Positions 26,186-40,252 of a stretch of DNA of 64,000 nt are shown piece after piece (within the stretch, counting starts at the first letter, position 1; each line of letters starts with the position of its first letter). The notes beneath the pieces are model-generated. The model saw nothing but the letters and a program-made list of their open reading frames with translations. It was not told the origin of the DNA and did no database searches. Source of the stretch: Octopus sinensis (Eukaryota); assembly GCF_006345805.1 (NCBI RefSeq), contig NC_043005.1, positions 48,608,001 to 48,672,000 on the forward strand. Direction: 5' to 3'. Made by a program: the position numbers and the translations under genes.

Positions 26186-26578
26186 TTTTTACTCTCTTTT
26201 ACTTGTTTCAGTAATTTGACTGTGGCCATGCAGGAGCACCGCCTTTTAGTCAAGCAAATCGATCCAAGACTTACTCTTTGTAAGCCTAATACTTATCCTA
26301 TCGGTTTCTTTTGCCGAACCGCTAAGTTACGGAGACGTAAACACACCAGCATCGGTTGTCAAGCGATGGTGGTGGGACAAACACAGACACGCAAACATAT
26401 ATACACACACACATACCTATATATATACATATGTACAACGGGCTTCTTTCAGTTTCCGTCTACCAATTCCACTCGCAAGGCTTTGGTCGGCCCGAGGCTA
26501 TAGTAGAAGACACTTGCCCAAGGTGCCAGGCAGTGGGACTGAACCCGAACCATGTGGTTCGTAAGCAAGCTACTTAGC
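26186..26578 (-). mobile_element. SINE family A copy, near consensus
   Basis: Collinear match; inverted relative to 24926-25370. Confidence 0.93.
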
Positions 26579-27971
26579 ATATATATATATATACTCTATA
26601 TATAAAATATATATATAGATATAATATATATATATATAATATATGCGATGAATAGAGAAGTGGTGATGAGTGACAATTCTGTATGTAGTATTTTATAAGC
26701 TTTAAACTTATAATACATATATATACACACACATATACGCGCGCGCACATACAACTATATTACTCGCGCGCGCGCACAGACACACACACACACAAAATAT
26801 ATGTATACAAGAAGAAAATGAGGATCCAGCAATTTTACAACCAATGTTGCGTGGCTTTCGCATTTTTTAACGTTATTACGTTTATAAGGGATAATTTCTC
26901 ACGACGAATGTCGCAATTTTAAAAAACTTACATACTTTATTCCGTTCTTAATGTGTAGGCCAGTGGCGATTTACTTTGCTACTGGGCTAACCTCATTGCA
27001 AAAAATTGGATTTATCTTCTGTATCTGTCAGCATCATAGAAAAATTATTACATTGCAAGTATTGCATCATCTTCGGGATTAAAAATTGATCAGCATTGTT
27101 GTTGTTGTTGTTGTTGTTGAAATTGAGAGAGTATGAAACATAGGTGACAGGTACTTTCTTTTCAAAGAATTTTTCCTCAACTTCGACCCTGGTGTTTAAC
27201 AATCAAAATCCTTTTCTTTGTTGAATTCCAATTTATTTTTATCCACTCTTAATGTCTAATTTATAATTTTCAATTTTCATTAAAAAAAAAAAAAAAAAAG
27301 AGTCGAAAGTGTTTACATTCATGTGTGTGTGTGTTGTGTGTGTGTGCGTGTGCGCGCGCACGTGCAGTGTTTGTATGCTTCCTATACGTTAGGTCGCTTT
27401 AGTTTGTGGTCTCTGAACATACTGTAGTAGCGTCTTCAAGTGCTAAACAGTGTATCGTCCCCTAAATTTAGTCTGAATATAATAGACAGACAAATGCACG
27501 CACACACACACACTAGCAGAAGCACAAATACACACAAATACACTCACACTAACACAAACACACACAACGCGCACACTCGCGTACGTACACAAACATCACC
27601 CGCATTCACGCACACATAAATCAATACATAACCAACAATGTACATCGTTATTTAGTCGGACATATACCATCTCTGTTACCGAAAACGAAGTGCTTGACGG
27701 AATATGTAAATAAAAATATATTTACATACATTTGCAGTATAATATGTATTGTATATAGAATTGATTATACAAATAGTGGTACATAGTAAATCAACGACTG
27801 AGGCATGCATTTAAATAAAATCTATATATATATTTTAATAGGTGTCTCGGGTGTTGATCTACCATCGTACCACTACTCGTATGTATGACGTACTTATATA
27901 TTCACATCTAAAAGTGTGATATATGTATTTCTTATGTACACATACATACACAAATACATGCATAATATATA

Positions 27972-28184
27972 TTGGTTTCATATTTTGGCACAAGGCCAGC
28001 AATTTTGAGGGAGAAGTAAGTCGATTACATCGATCCCAGTGTACAACTGATACTTATTTTATCGACCTCCAAAGAATGAAAAGCAAAGTCGATCTTGACA
28101 GAATTTGAACTCAGAACGTAAATGACAGACGAAATGCTGCAAAGTATTTGGCCCAGCGTGCTAACGATATTGACATTCGCCGCC
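27972..28184 (-). mobile_element. SINE family B copy (variant 3' end)
   Basis: Collinear match to family B. Confidence 0.85.
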
Positions 28185-28212
28185 TTGGACGCATTATATA
28201 TATATGTATATA

Positions 28213-28265
<53 letters not shown>

Positions 28266-28279
28266 TATTACTTATGCAT

Positions 28280-30620
28280 ATATATTGCAATTTTGTAATC
28301 GGAGAAAGTTACAACAGTGATTCCCTGCATAGACAGGGAACTGGTTATTGGAAACTGAATTCGTCTTTCCTAACGCGCCAAGTTTACAGAGACTGGATCA
28401 GAGAAATAGTTAGGAGGGACTTGACGGGATTAATCGTCAACAGCCGATGGTGGTTAGCATCAGTAAAGTTTTGCAAAGAAACAGTGATAAGAGAATTGTA
28501 GAGTAGAGGGTGAGCCAGTTAAGAACCTAGAAGAGGCGCTCAGAAAAGGCATTGCAACTGACGTACTGACAGTCAATTCTTCAACACGAATCACGAAAGT
28601 CAAAGCGCTTGCTCTAAGACATGAAGGAACGAAAGCCGTCCGTTGGGTCCGTGTGGCAAGGTGCAACGTGGCAACAAAACCATCATTCAGTCCCTGATGC
28701 ATCTGGAAGGGTACTTGCTACTCGATTCCATGCAGGTGAGGCAAAGACATGCCCCATCCCAAACACATCTATTAACGACAACCTCCACCTTATGCGAAAC
28801 ATCATAGAAAGGGTGAGTAAAGAACCTGGCATGAATGGGTCTCTTATCAATTTACATCAGTCGAAAGCTTTCAATAGGAGTTGACCAAAATTTGGCCGCT
28901 GTACTCATGGCGGTGATTTCGGTCCCATCTTCAGATAGTTGCAATATACACAGGACATCTGTTTGGTTGCCTGGTGGCCGGAGTAAATGGCAATTTTCCA
29001 GAACCGTTCAGTATCACCCATTCGATTCGCAAGATTCCCCCTTCTTCCCCTTCAGTACGTGAAGGTGCTCGAATGGCTACTGTAGATGTTAGGGATTTTC
29101 AGGGGCCTCCCACGTGAACATGAATGTGCACGAGCTATGCCAACAAATGCGGACATCAACGTAATAGTGACTGATACCAAATACATCAAAGTGATCAACA
29201 TTGCTCTGAAGAAATATGAATCGGTGAGAGGAGCAAAAATTAACCAAGAATAGTTGGTGGAACTGCAGCTCGGCACATGATGAGATATACATGCCGCCTA
29301 ACAGCACCGTGGGGTGCTGGACGAACGGACCGGTTAGATTACTCAGAGTCTATTATGGTTCAGACTTGCAAGTGGACAAGAACTGGGTTAGGGTCGAGCA
29401 GGTAGATAAATGTCACTCGGAAATGGACCGAAAGGAAGTTATACCAGATGCATACTGCGGATGTGGCGAACGCCTAGAGTGCATCTATCATCTACTACCA
29501 CCCGATTATTGTGCCTTGCCAGGTTTCATAGTTGACGTGACTGGAGCACTTGCCATCCACTTTCTGTGAACGAAACGGGTTCCGCTGATTAGATGATATA
29601 TTTATTATCAACATCCGCCGCATGAAGGACTTGGTATTCATTGGCTAATGGTACGCAGACATGCGCTGACGTTACATCTCTAGCTTTTCCTTGACGGTGA
29701 GAAGATTAAGTTGCCACACTATTTCACAGCTCGTTTCTTGGACAGAACTGTTGTTCTGGATTAATCGTAGACCGATACAGAGCACCAGAATCGGCAAGTG
29801 CTCACAGTCTTCAACCTGTCAAGCAATACAATCGGCGGCATTCCATTATAGCATTCTATAGATGATTGGTAGCAGGCAAGAGCGACGATGTCCTCAGAGG
29901 GACGCCTGGTGCCGACCAGAATCGGTTTGTTGGTCTTTTTATGAGGACTTTCGGTCCTGGTCCAGTGGATAATTTACAGAAATCCTTCACAGTGCTACTG
30001 GTTGGGGATGCATTGCCTGTTCAGGATAAACTCTACAGCCGCACCTACCCGATATGCGCGCTGCGAAACCGTCCTACATACGCTCGTCTAGTAACCTAGC
30101 TTCGATGACCATTTGAGTTCTTCGAGCTGCTTCTATCGCATTTAGAACAGATCCGGCTATCAGTCTACTCTATTGTGAAGGACAGCTTGCATTGGGAGGT
30201 TGGGAAGAGCCGGCAGTTTTCCTCTATCACATAGCTATGGTGAAAGAGGTTGTGTAGAGGACAAGACTGTGTAGAGGACAGGACTGAAGAGAGATGCTTT
30301 CCTCTTCGGCCAAGCTCTCATAGACGTTTTTAAGTTCCATTTAAAAAAGAAGGTAAGGGTTGAAAGGGAGTAGCTCTCCAATAAATTTGTTGAAAAGTGT
30401 GTGAATATGGCAAAGCTGGCCCACGTTAGTGGCTCTACTCCAATTTAGCGTCTGGAGGATGAAGAGAGTGGATGGGATAGGAATACCTACCAATTGGTTG
30501 TCGAGACGACCCGGGATCTGTGGAGTTCCTTGGTTACTCTTGAAAGGTACTCACATTTCATTGCAGAATTCTTTTGTTATAATTTTCTTGTCGCTGTTTT
30601 TATTGTTCATACGGGTTTAG
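28280..30620 (+). mobile_element. Tx1/L1-clade LINE ORF2 remnant, degenerate and internally deleted
   Basis: GTGYWKLNSSFL (post-endonuclease), KTCPIPNTSINDNLHLMRNII..LINLHQSKAFNR (RT 2/3), FSITHSIR, TNADI (decayed YADD), YESVRGAKINQE, WTNGPVRLLRVYYG, FKFHLKKKVRVERE (C-terminus); many stops and frameshifts. Confidence 0.92.
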
Positions 30621-30639
30621 GTAAATTCTCACTGCCGTT

Positions 30640-30812
30640 TGTCTTAGTGGTATTTCGTTGGCCTCTAGTTCTGAATTCAAATCCCTTCGAGATCGACTTT
30701 GCCTTTCGTCCTTTCGGGGTCGAGGAAAAAATTAGCAGTAAAGAACTGGGGTCGATGTAATCGACTTGCCCTCACCCTCAAAGTTTCAGATCTTGTATCT
30801 GTAGTAGAAATG
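30640..30812 (+). mobile_element. SINE family B copy, 5'-truncated
   Basis: TCTGAATTCAAATCC..GATCGACTTTGCCTTTCGTCCTTTCGGGGTCGA core. Confidence 0.85.
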
Positions 30813-30844
30813 ATTATTATTGTTATATTATTATTATAATAATA

Positions 30845-30895
<51 letters not shown>

Positions 30896-30917
30896 GTTAT
30901 TATTATTATTATTATTC

Positions 30918-31107
30918 CTTCGTAACACAGTGTAAGTAAAAATGCACCAGAGCCTTTAATCATATGTCAAGTCACAACAAGGACCTCAGACAGATAATAC
31001 TTTCCGCAAGATGTGTGCTGTGCCTAATAAGACTGCTTTTAGCAAGACATCAATCTTGCATGGGATTTCTAGTTGCCTTAAGAAGTCTTGAAGTTTCAAT
31101 GGGATTA
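30918..31107 (-). mobile_element. R4/Dong-clade non-LTR retrotransposon 3' end embedded in (TAA)n
   Basis: Minus frame IPLKLQDFLRQLEIPCKIDVLLKAVLLGTAHILRKVLSV* (stop at 30986-30988); (TAA)n on both sides (30812-30917 and 31108-31200). Confidence 0.82.
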
Positions 31108-31118
31108 TTATATTATTA

Positions 31119-31188
<70 letters not shown>

Positions 31189-31540
31189 TATTATTGTTAT
31201 TTCATAATTTGTCTGCCTAGGAAAACAATATCTAAAGTATTCTGCCTTTGAAAACTTAGAATGTGATTTGGTGGTGCTATCTCTACTATTTCGCACAAAT
31301 CAAACGACTATGCAGAAGCACCGATCTTGAATCAAAATTTTAAAGGAGTAATTACAGGGGGAAAAGGAGTATTCCGCAAGAAGTGAGGAAGTTACCTTCA
31401 CACTAAAGACCTGGTCCGAATAATTCCAGCAAAGCAGAGACGAATAAATGTATCCAACCAAGTACCAGATGGTTATGTTAAACTCACAGACGGGTTATGT
31501 CTAACACCCGCCTCCCCACCAAAAGAAAAACAAAATCCGT

Positions 31541-32095
31541 GGTTGAGTGATAAGAAATCAACTTCTCAACCACATAGTTCCGGATTCAATCCCACTGCGT
31601 GGAACTTTGGGTGAGTGCCTTAGACCAACGCTTTGTGAGTGGATTTGGGAGACGGAAATTGATAGAAACCCGACTGCTATATTAAACTTAGAGCTCTACG
31701 TAGATTATCCTCATCCAGTCAGCTTCCGGTATAGTTATTAAGCAACTACTATATTTGGTAGTATTACTTGCTGTGAACTATAGACCAAATGTGGAAGAAA
31801 TTACGATAAACACAAGTATATAGTATTAGTTCCTAAGTGCGTTTCACCATTGTGGTTGCTTGGAACTCTACATTGGATGATCCGAGCCGAATTGAATTCT
31901 TAACCACAGCGTCTAAGTCTTTGACAACCGCTTGACAACAGGTTTTGTTTTACGTGCGTCCCCGTAACTAAACGATCGGACAAAAAGATACCACTTAAAA
32001 ATAAGTACTGGAGTTGATTTCTTCAGCTAAACCCTTTAAGGCAGTACTACAGCATGGCCGCAGTTACATGACTGAAAAAAACTAAACGATAAAAG
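31541..32095 (+). mobile_element. Old SINE family A copy, halves separated by about 240 bp of unrelated sequence
   Basis: 5' half at 31541-31677 and 3' half at 31915-32095. Confidence 0.7.
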
Positions 32096-32529
32096 AAGAA
32101 TCAGTCACTACACAGTTTACGTTGACCAACTTTCTTTCACAAATCTCGGGTCGATTTCGGAAATTGTGAGAAGTAACTTACACATGTTGCCGTGTAGTGA
32201 GACCGAAAGCGTAACCATGTAGCTGCCGGCGACCCTTAATTATAAGCAGTATGTTCCACATATAAATATTATGTCCAACAGTAAATGCAATTGCTATGCT
32301 AATCATACAATCGAAGGATTTCCAGTCGGACCTAATATAGCTAGTAACTAACTCTCTATTACAATATTTCCTTAGTGTTGAAATGGTCATATATAATTTG
32401 AAGAGCACACATGCGCACGCACACACAGACACTCACACACACGCACATACATACACACACAAACGCACACATACACACACATATTCAGATTCTCACACAC
32501 ACACACACATATATGTATGATGGTAGTCA

Positions 32530-33140
32530 CATCACTGACCATTGTCCATACAAAATGCCAACAGTGTTCGGGCATGAGGTGCACCAGCAGTCGGTTCCAA
32601 CCAGCTTCATGTCCGAACCTTCCATGCTTTCGGCAAGGTACTTCTATTTGACCGGATATCGCAACTTGAAATTTTGGGTCCCATAAGGTTTGCACACCGC
32701 CTCACAGACCCTCTCAACACAATTGACATGATCCAGAGACAAGCCAAGTCAAGATATCTAGTTCCAATATGGGTCACAGGTTCAGGAATGTGGAAGCACC
32801 ATGATTTCAATCGCAAGCAAAAGATCACCAAGATGTTCAATGCCATTCCCTGCATATCTGGTTTTATACCAGCCTGACCTTCTCCTAGAGTGTGAGGGGT
32901 GTCTAACTCTCGGTGGTCTTCCGGCACTTCTGACACCAACCCGGAATTTCTGAGGGCTCTTTCTATTGATAGAGAGTCGTTGAGTCTATATTGGTTCATC
33001 CGTCCTTTCGACAGGATCCTAGCAACCCTCCTCACTAGGCACGCCTAGTTGGGGTGACGGTTTAGTCACTGACGACCCAACAAGTTGTACTGAATTCTAT
33101 GTTACCAGCAGCACACATGAGAGACCTCACAAGTGACCTG
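32530..33140 (+). mobile_element. Possible RTE-clade LINE 5' region fragment
   Basis: GC-richer block with CCTTCTCCTAG and GCAACCCTCCTCACTAGG..GGTTTAGTC motifs reminiscent of RTE 5' UTRs; no recognisable ORF. Confidence 0.3.
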
Positions 33141-33272
33141 CATATATCTATATCTATATCTATCTATATATATATATAGCCAAATCAAATAAACGAACAT
33201 TAAAAATAACAATGACAAACAATCGGACGTGCACATTAAATGTATTAGTTTGACACTCGATAAAAAGAGAGT

Positions 33273-33307
33273 CTTTGACGTTTCGAGCATAGCTCTTCAT
33301 CGGAAAG
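33273..33307 (-). ncRNA. Candidate ultra-minimal type I hammerhead ribozyme (Penelope-type), U4C core variant
   Basis: Minus strand: CUUU-CCGAUGA-A-GAGC(UAU)GCUC-GAA-ACGU-C/AAAG. 4-bp stem I, 4-bp stem II, palindromic ACGU helix III, GUC site. Confidence 0.6.
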
Positions 33308-33850
33308 GAATACAGAGAAGTCCACAGAAAGAAAAGTATCAGACTTTTTTCAGGTTCTGTCGACCAAATTCACTCACAGGGCTTTGATCGGCTCTCGACC
33401 ATATCACTATAATAGAAGATAATTGCGTTAGGTGCCGCGAAGTGGAACCATGTGTTTGGGAAGCAAGCTTTTAAAATTTTCATAAGGAATCTACAGTATT
33501 TCAAAATGCTTCGATAATTGGGTTTGTACTTGTTAACCTTTAAAATTGAAACATTCCCAGGAGTTGTCACAATACATACTACCCCACTGTATGTCTCTAT
33601 TTAAATTTTAATCATTTTACAATTCAGAGTCCTCTCCCCTTCCTGTTTTTGACAAGAATTGTAAACGACGCTTCTGATGCACAAGTCAGTATGTGGGGGT
33701 GGTGTGGGGGTGATACATTATAATTTGTCGCGATCCTAAAGAAATTAATAATTTATCATGATCTGATAAATTGAATTTTTCCTTTCAAAACAAAATGTGT
33801 GTACGCATATGCATACCTACACATGAACAAACATAGTGCGTGTACGAATG

Positions 33851-34268
33851 TATGTGGTTGGTAAGTAGCTTGCTTACCAACCACATGGTTCCGGGTTCAG
33901 TCCCACTTCGTGGCACCTTGGCCAAGTGTCTTCTACTATAGCCTCGGGCCGACCAAAGCTTTGTGAGTGGATTTGGTTGACGGAAACTGAAAGAAACCCG
34001 TCGTATATATGTATATATATATATGTATGTATGTGTGTGTATATCTTTGTATTCCTGTTTTTGTCCCCCAACATCGCTCAATAACTGATGCTGGTGTGTT
34101 AGCGCCCCCGTAACTTAGCGGTTCGGCAAAAGAGACCGATAGAATAAGTACTAGGTGTCCCCCAAAAAATAAGTCCTGTGGTCGATTTACTCGGCTAAAG
34201 GCGGCACTCCAGCAATGCCACTGTCAAATGACTGAAACAAGTAAAAGAGTAAAGAGGGAGTAAAGAGA
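33851..34268 (+). mobile_element. SINE family A copy
   Basis: Collinear match to family A. Confidence 0.92.
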
Positions 34269-34324
34269 TATATGGTAAATAAAGTATCTACATAATAAAC
34301 ACACACATATAGATATATGCTTGT

Positions 34325-34655
34325 GTGAAGGCGCGTGGCTAAGTGGTTAGGCTATTCGTCTTACGATCGTAATGCCGTGTGTTCGATTCCCGGCGGTGCG
34401 TTCTGTCCCTGAGCAAGGCACTTTTATTTCGTCATACTCCAGCCCGCTCTGTAAGCTAAAGTGAGTAGTACTTGTATTTCAATGGGCGAGCCTTGTCATG
34501 TCTTGTGTCATGCTAAATCTCTCTGAGAACTCGTATGTTAACGATACACTTGTCTGTGGAGTGCTCAGCCACTTGCACGTTAATTTCACGAGCAGGCTGT
34601 TCCGTTGATGGGATTAATTGGAATCTTCGTCGTCCTGGCCGATGAAAGGCCAGTT
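34325..34655 (+). mobile_element. SINE family C (tRNA-derived)
   Basis: A box TGGCTAAGTGG, B box GTTCGATTCC; homologous to 61746-62072 and 39515-39616; possible TSD TATATGCT. Confidence 0.88.
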
Positions 34656-34739
34656 TTATATGCTACCTGAATAAGTGAACATATTTGGTTATATATATGC
34701 GTGCACGTCAGTGTATGCACATGTTTAGTATATTGCAAA

Positions 34740-34822
34740 TGTGTGGTTGTATAAATATATATATATATATATATACATATATAATATATATATATATATA
34801 TATTATACATATATATATACAT

Positions 34823-34891
<69 letters not shown>

Positions 34892-35083
34892 TAGATACAT
34901 ACATACATACATACATACATACATACATACATACATAGAGATATATATGTATGTAGAATATGTATATGTACATGTGTGTTTGTGTGTGTTGGGAGTGTCT
35001 CAGCATGGCCACAACTTTTGAGCTGAAACGCAATATACACATATATACATAATATATATACATATATATATGTTATATATATG

Positions 35084-35123
<40 letters not shown>

Positions 35124-35144
35124 ATATATATATATATTATATTT

Positions 35145-35188
<44 letters not shown>

Positions 35189-35509
35189 TATATATATATA
35201 TATATATTAATGCTTCATACATACATCTATGCAATGGACGCATGGTTGCATGGATGGATAGATGGATATACATACACCACACACCACCGTGTGAACTCCT
35301 ATGCGGTGCCTGCTTATATTAGAATGTGTGGTGTGGATATGCAAGTGTACTAATCTATGTAAGATCACGTTTACAGAGACCTACATATGACAAATGCAAG
35401 TTACAAACACACACACACACACACACACGCACACACACACACACACACACACGCACACACACAAACATACACATATACTCACATCCACATTCATTCAGAC
35501 ATACACTCA

Positions 35510-35561
<52 letters not shown>

Positions 35562-35894
35562 TACACGCTCACACACTCAGAGGTATACTTTCATATAGAC
35601 ATCTAAACACATACATACGCACACCATCACACCTACTTTCTCTTCCGCTCGTAATCACCGACTCAATGTGTCTATCTAGACCTCATCACCGCCATCCTCC
35701 ACACCATGTATTTATACCTATTGTTACTTATCTCTTCACAAACCAGTTCATAGATAGCTCACTTACTTACTTATTCATCTTTATAACACAGCGTTAGGCC
35801 AAGCCAACAAGGAATGCCTCTACGTGGACGCTTCATCTTCTAGAACTAGCTCCCAAAATTCACCCCCAACGAATTACACCCAGTTGTCTTTTGT

Positions 35895-35925
<31 letters not shown>

Positions 35926-36633
35926 GTTATTTATCTATTTATCTTAATTTAATTTATATTATTTTAAAATATTTTTTTGTGTTAAATTACATCCTGGATA
36001 ATATTGCCCCAGCACCCCTGATGCATGCATTTAAGATGCGATGATCACAGCAAGCACGCTTTAGATGATGATAGCTCTACTGGATCAAAATGGACCCGTG
36101 GTTAAAAACCACCACTACCACCACCACCACCACCAATAACAATAACAACAAAAATAACAGCAAGGACACAGTTGATTGAGCCAACGTGGGAACCTATACG
36201 ACCTCTTAAAAATAATAGTCTGTTCTACTGCAAAATAATGCACCCTTTGGATAATGTAGACCTCGTTGTAATGGGCATAGCAGGAAAGCTTTTTATGATC
36301 GGTCTGCTTGATCAAAGCATACTATAGCTGAACATCGACAACAGCAACAAAAACAAAAGCAACATTTCATTTGCTAGAGATAGCAGCTAAACTTCTCTCA
36401 AATCACAGCCTATCTTTTTTTTAAATAAGATAGGTTCCTCACATTTATAAAAAAAAAAAAAACCCAGTTAAAGCATCCTACAGACCATCAAAAATAAAGA
36501 CGGGATGGTCACGACTTGGAATGCCTTAGAGCATACGTCTGCCTGCTGGACGAGGACTGACCTGAGTTCTAAAGCAAGCATCAACATCATCAGCATCATC
36601 AGCATCAACAACAACAGCTACAGTATTAACATC

Positions 36634-36674
<41 letters not shown>

Positions 36675-36913
36675 CAGCATTGGTTTTCTACAAAATATAC
36701 ATGTTTACCATGCATTCCATATTCGAATCTAAATATGATTCCGACCAGATCTAACAGCATCTGCCAATCAATGACATTTGTCAGAAAACATTTCTTATGG
36801 TGTATTTTACTTGCAATCTTTTGAAGTGGGTAGACTGCAGGTTTAAGACAAAAACACCCCAGATACACAAGTGTATATTTTCAAATACGCTTTCATACTT
36901 GAATACACGCACA

Positions 36914-36970
<57 letters not shown>

Positions 36971-37328
36971 GCTGTTCAGACATGCACACACGTATGTATA
37001 CGCACACATACACACGCGCACATATACGCACACCATCCCGCAAACACACGTATACACATTCGCGTACGCTCGCACGCAACCTGCTTACACGAAAACACTC
37101 GAATTCATGTACCCACTCAAATGGTTGATGTGTTTTGTTTACGTGTAGGTATGTGCGTGCGTGTGTGCGTGCGTGCGTCCGTGCGTTCGGGCGTGCGCGC
37201 GAGTACTTGTGTGTAGCGGGTGTATGTGTCCGTGTGTTTATTATACATTATATGATGTAAGAATTTTGAGATATAAAAACGGTACAAATGAATATGTCTA
37301 TGTGTGCGCGTGCACGTATGTGTATAAA

Positions 37329-37364
<36 letters not shown>

Positions 37365-37525
37365 CGTGTATGTATTTATGTATTATATAAATGTACGTGT
37401 ATCTGTTGGTATATATATATATATATATACAAATAAGAAGTAATAAATGTTGTACACAAGGTCAGATTTATTTATTTATTGTTACGCAGGTATACACACA
37501 CACAAATACATGCATGCACGCATAT

Positions 37526-37587
<62 letters not shown>

Positions 37588-38096
37588 ATATATATATATA
37601 TATATATACTATATATATATATGGGAGAATTCACAAAAAAGAGACGAAGACAGGTGGTGTAGACAACAAACAGATGTAATTAGTTTTACGCTTGGAAGTG
37701 AAAAAAGTCGTTATATGTAATATATATATATATATATATATAAAGAGAGAGACAGAGAGAGATACATACATACATATATACATAGATAGAGAGAGAGAGA
37801 GAGAGAGAATGAGATAGATATATACATACATACATACAAACATACATACGTACATACATACATACACATACATACATACATACATACATACATACATACA
37901 TACATACATACATACATAAATACATAGATATATACATAGACACATATGCAGTTATTTGTATGTATACATTTAATTGTATATTTTTGCATTACACACAGAC
38001 ATGCACGTAAATCTACACATACATATACATTCACACACACATATCTATCTATGTATACAAATGTATATTTTCTATGTATGCATGTGTACATATGTG

Positions 38097-38135
<39 letters not shown>

Positions 38136-38320
38136 TATCTATGTATGTATGTATGTATGTATGTATGCATGTATGTATGTATGTATGCATTTATGTATGT
38201 ATGTTTGTATGTATGTATGTATGTAGTATGTATGTATGTATGTATGTATGTATGGTATGTGCAATATATGCCTCTAGGCTTCCATAATTTTCAACATAAA
38301 GCTGAAGGAAATAGTTGTTT

Positions 38321-38390
<70 letters not shown>
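34740..38390. repeat. Microsatellite-dominated interval (TA, CA, TACA, TATG, TAA, CAT)
   Basis: Direct inspection; short unique spacers are interspersed. Confidence 0.85.
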
Positions 38391-38395
<5 letters not shown>

Positions 38396-39414
38396 TTCTA
38401 TTCATGTTTTTCTCCAGCATTGATTTTTACAGAAAATGTTTTTAATTGGTCTCGTTATTATCGATTCTGACTTATTTCAATACATACAAGATACATATAT
38501 ATCGATAACTTTTCGAACTCATGCAATCTGTCAACCAATCACCATTAAAGCTATGTAATTTAAGGTATTCTATCTATCTACCTACCTACCTACCTACCTA
38601 CCTAACCTAACTACCTATTTATCTATCTATTCCTTCTCTCTCTCTCTATCTCTATTTCTATCTCTGTCTGTCTCTCTCTCTATATAATATTATATATGTA
38701 TATAATATATATATCATATATATATATATATATATATATGTATAATATATATATATATCATATATATATATATAATATATATATATATTGATTTTTTTGA
38801 TTTTTCCAGTTTCAGCTAATGAGCTGTGGCCATGCTGGGGCACCGCCATATCATATATATATATATGTGTGTGTGTTGTGTGTGTGTGGTGTGTGCTTGT
38901 GTATGTATGCAATGATATATATATACTATATATATATATGTATGCAATTATATATATATGTGTGTGTATGTATGTATATAGGAGTGTATGCTTGTGTGTG
39001 AGTGTATGTATGTATGTATGTATATATGTATGTAGATATGTATGAATATATACGTAAAGATAAAGAAAGGCACAAAGCGAAAAGGACTGAGAGAGAGAGA
39101 GGGGTGAGCGAGAGAGAGAAAGGGGTAAGAGAGAGAAAGGGGTAAGAGAGAGAAAGCATGAGATAAAGTGTATGATTTGGATATGAGGCAAGGGTGACGC
39201 GCCTCTGTCCGAACGTATATGAAAACATGCTTTCTTGCATGCGTGTTTGTGCGTGTCTGTGCGCGTGTGTATGTAAGCGTGCGCGCGCACGTGTGTGTTT
39301 TCCATGCATCGAAATAGGTAAATATGTAAGCAAGCAAGTGTTGTCCATAAGCGAAAACTGCAGACGGACACACGGACACGAAGCATTGGTCAAGCACACG
39401 CCGAAGTGTCGGTC

Positions 39415-39514
39415 NNNNNNNNNNNNNNNNNNNNNNNNNNNNNNNNNNNNNNNNNNNNNNNNNNNNNNNNNNNNNNNNNNNNNNNNNNNNNNNNNNNNNN
39501 NNNNNNNNNNNNNN
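39415..39514. other. Assembly gap (100 N, true size unknown)
   Basis: Run of N; followed directly by the 3' half of a SINE C. Confidence 0.99.
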
Positions 39515-40209
39515 ACGTGTCTGTGGAATGCTCAGCCATTTGCACGTTAATTTCACGAGCAAGCTCTTCCGTTGATCGTATCAGCTGGGACCCTCGTCGT
39601 CGTAACCGGCGGAGTCTTTAAAAAAAAAAATGTATGAACATATGTATGGTAATTGAAGTTTTGTAACTACCTTTTTTTAACTACTTTTATATAAGCTAAA
39701 ATATCAAGAAGCGAAATTTTGCCTAAGGAAAAAGCGTGGTTTTAAAATATTTAAAATGTGAGTTTCCGTAAGAGAGAAATTCAGGCTATATCCCGCGGTA
39801 TTTATAGTCATACTTTGTAATTTCTCTAAGGATGAATCCTAGTAAACTGAGGTCGCCATAGTGCAGGGCTGTCTCTTTATATACGTCTGTGTGTTGTGTG
39901 CGGAGAGAGAGAGAGAGAGAGAGAGAAAAGAAAAAGTGAGTGACAGAGAGAAGGAGAGAAAGGAAAAGTGTGTGAGAGAGAGAGCGAGAGAGCGAAAGAG
40001 ATAGGCATATGCCTACAGAAACGTACACACGTACACTTTCATATATACATACATACATAGGAGCACTTACATACATGCATACATACACACACACAGTTAT
40101 ATAATATATATAGATATATAAAACCACGTATTTACATATACACATGCGTACAAACGCATATACTTACTAACTTACAAATATTATACATACATACATATAT
40201 ATATATGTA

Positions 40210-40252
<43 letters not shown>

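Noticed and set aside
26993-27202. Minus ORF with poly-Asn (EVEEKFFEKK...NNNNNNNN)
   Set aside because: Poor acceptor; the open frame is helped by a (TTG)n repeat.
32607-33035. 142-aa minus ORF
   Set aside because: No domain recognised; the block looks like TE-derived GC-richer sequence where long ORFs occur by chance.
34325-34400. tRNA genes at SINE heads (also 24926, 50010-50084, 61746)
   Set aside because: A and B boxes are present but continue into SINE bodies; I could not draw a complete cloverleaf.
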